A stretch of DNA of 64,000 nucleotides from Lytechinus pictus (Eukaryota). How positions within the stretch are numbered: the first letter of the stretch is position 1; every line of letters starts with the position of its first letter. Positions 62,934 through 64,000 of this stretch are shown here, in pieces. Under the pieces are notes generated by a model that saw only the letters and a list, made by a program, of their open reading frames with translations, made no database searches and was not told where the DNA came from. Both the position numbers and the translations under genes were made by a program. The stretch lies in NCBI RefSeq assembly GCF_037042905.1, contig NC_087245.1, positions 43,152,001 to 43,216,000 on the forward strand, in the 5' to 3' direction.

Positions 62934-64000
62934 GTGAGTAACAAAATCAAATAGGGGCATTGATCTTTCTGTCATTGAGACTAATTCCTTATGAAGAGAA
63001 GGAGATTTAGATCTAAAAAGATGTACTTTAAATCAAATTTAATTCCATTTTTATTTCTAGTAACTGCTGAATGAATGATTATTCAGATTTGAGACATATG
63101 TAAACAACTATAATGAATCTGATTGACTGGAAAATTGGCACATACGTAAAACAAACAAGTCGAGTAGAATGAGAATTAAAAAAAAAAAATTAGCATTATT
63201 ATTATTTTTTTTTATTAATTAGAATTTTGAATATGCAAATTTTTGACGAAATTGGGAGAAAATTGGGATTTTCGTCTAAAATCAAAAGAAATTACAGGAT
63301 TTCTTCAGGTTTTCTGCAAAAGTCCTTTCAAATGATGTTATCTATCATATCCAAGTTTTTTATGCTGTTGAAATGTGTCACTAATTTGCATAAATATGCA
63401 AATTAGTATTCCCGGATTTATACACTTGTTTTCATTCTTACGTATTCTATTGGTTTTTTTTTGTTGTTCTTTGAATTTTTTTTAAAGAAGAATTTATCGC
63501 TCAAATGTATGAATTCAACTAATAACAAAGAAATAATCCAAATTATAATTCGAAGTAACAATAATAACAGATTTGGACTGAGATTACATGGCATCGGATA
63601 TAGGAATTACATAGAAACCTGTACAAAAATTACATTTTTTTGTGACGGACGAGCAATTTATCGACCTGTAAAATCAGTTCTACATGTCCGACCGGGGTGA
63701 ATTATATATCAAAACATGCGGGAGAATTGAGAAAAAAATGTCATGAAGTTTGAACGTGAAATTCCAATCGCTCTAGGTGCACGTCAAAAAACCGACAGGA
63801 GGGCCTAAAAGGCCCCCCTAATGGGATTAGGGTTAAGATCCCCATCAGAGGATCATTGAAAATTTGAAAACACGTAACTTTTGAACGTATTGTCAAATCT
63901 TGCTCAAATTTTAAGTTTGTTCATTTCATTTTCCTCATTTACTGACAGGGGTAGCTTTGCCATTAAATACATAGGTACACAACTTTTTGGGAGTGACTTG

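Larger units (their letters stand above)
47330..64000 (+). mobile_element. CACTA element Y (left end in window, continues past the window end)
   Basis: Starts CACTGCAAAAAATATGGGG. Followed by a CpG-rich promoter (~47530-47670), SAM exons, nested element Z, transposase and a Ser/Pro-rich exon. Confidence 0.65.

Overview
Eukaryotic, AT-rich, intron-containing DNA; the repeat families resemble those of sea urchins (inference). No ordinary host gene, rRNA, tRNA gene or CRISPR array is evident. The window is almost entirely a stack of nested, co-oriented CACTA/EnSpm-type DNA transposons. Six clear right ends (2059, 25949, 34004, 36968, 41111, 60945), one candidate right end (~27857) and two left ends (47330, 49050) are visible, all 5'-CAC type with family-specific subterminal repeat arrays. 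The elements carry a multi-exon accessory gene (N-terminal SAM domain, Ser-rich exon, SAMD3-like body), and six divergent terminal exons of it are present. A single-exon transposase lies on the same strand inside intron 2 of that gene (12575-14217 and 60946-62517, both decayed). Exons from 6806 to 23151 can be spliced by hand into an uninterrupted 556-aa SAM/SAMD3-like protein that skips the dead transposase. Also present: a Sola2-like transposase remnant with an acidic tandem repeat, a ~760-bp-arm palindrome upstream of the first SAM gene, many MITEs, Helentron-like tandem-repeat elements and a tRNA-derived SINE fragment. Element labels A-E, X, Y and Z are mine. All family assignments rest on motif recognition without database searches.
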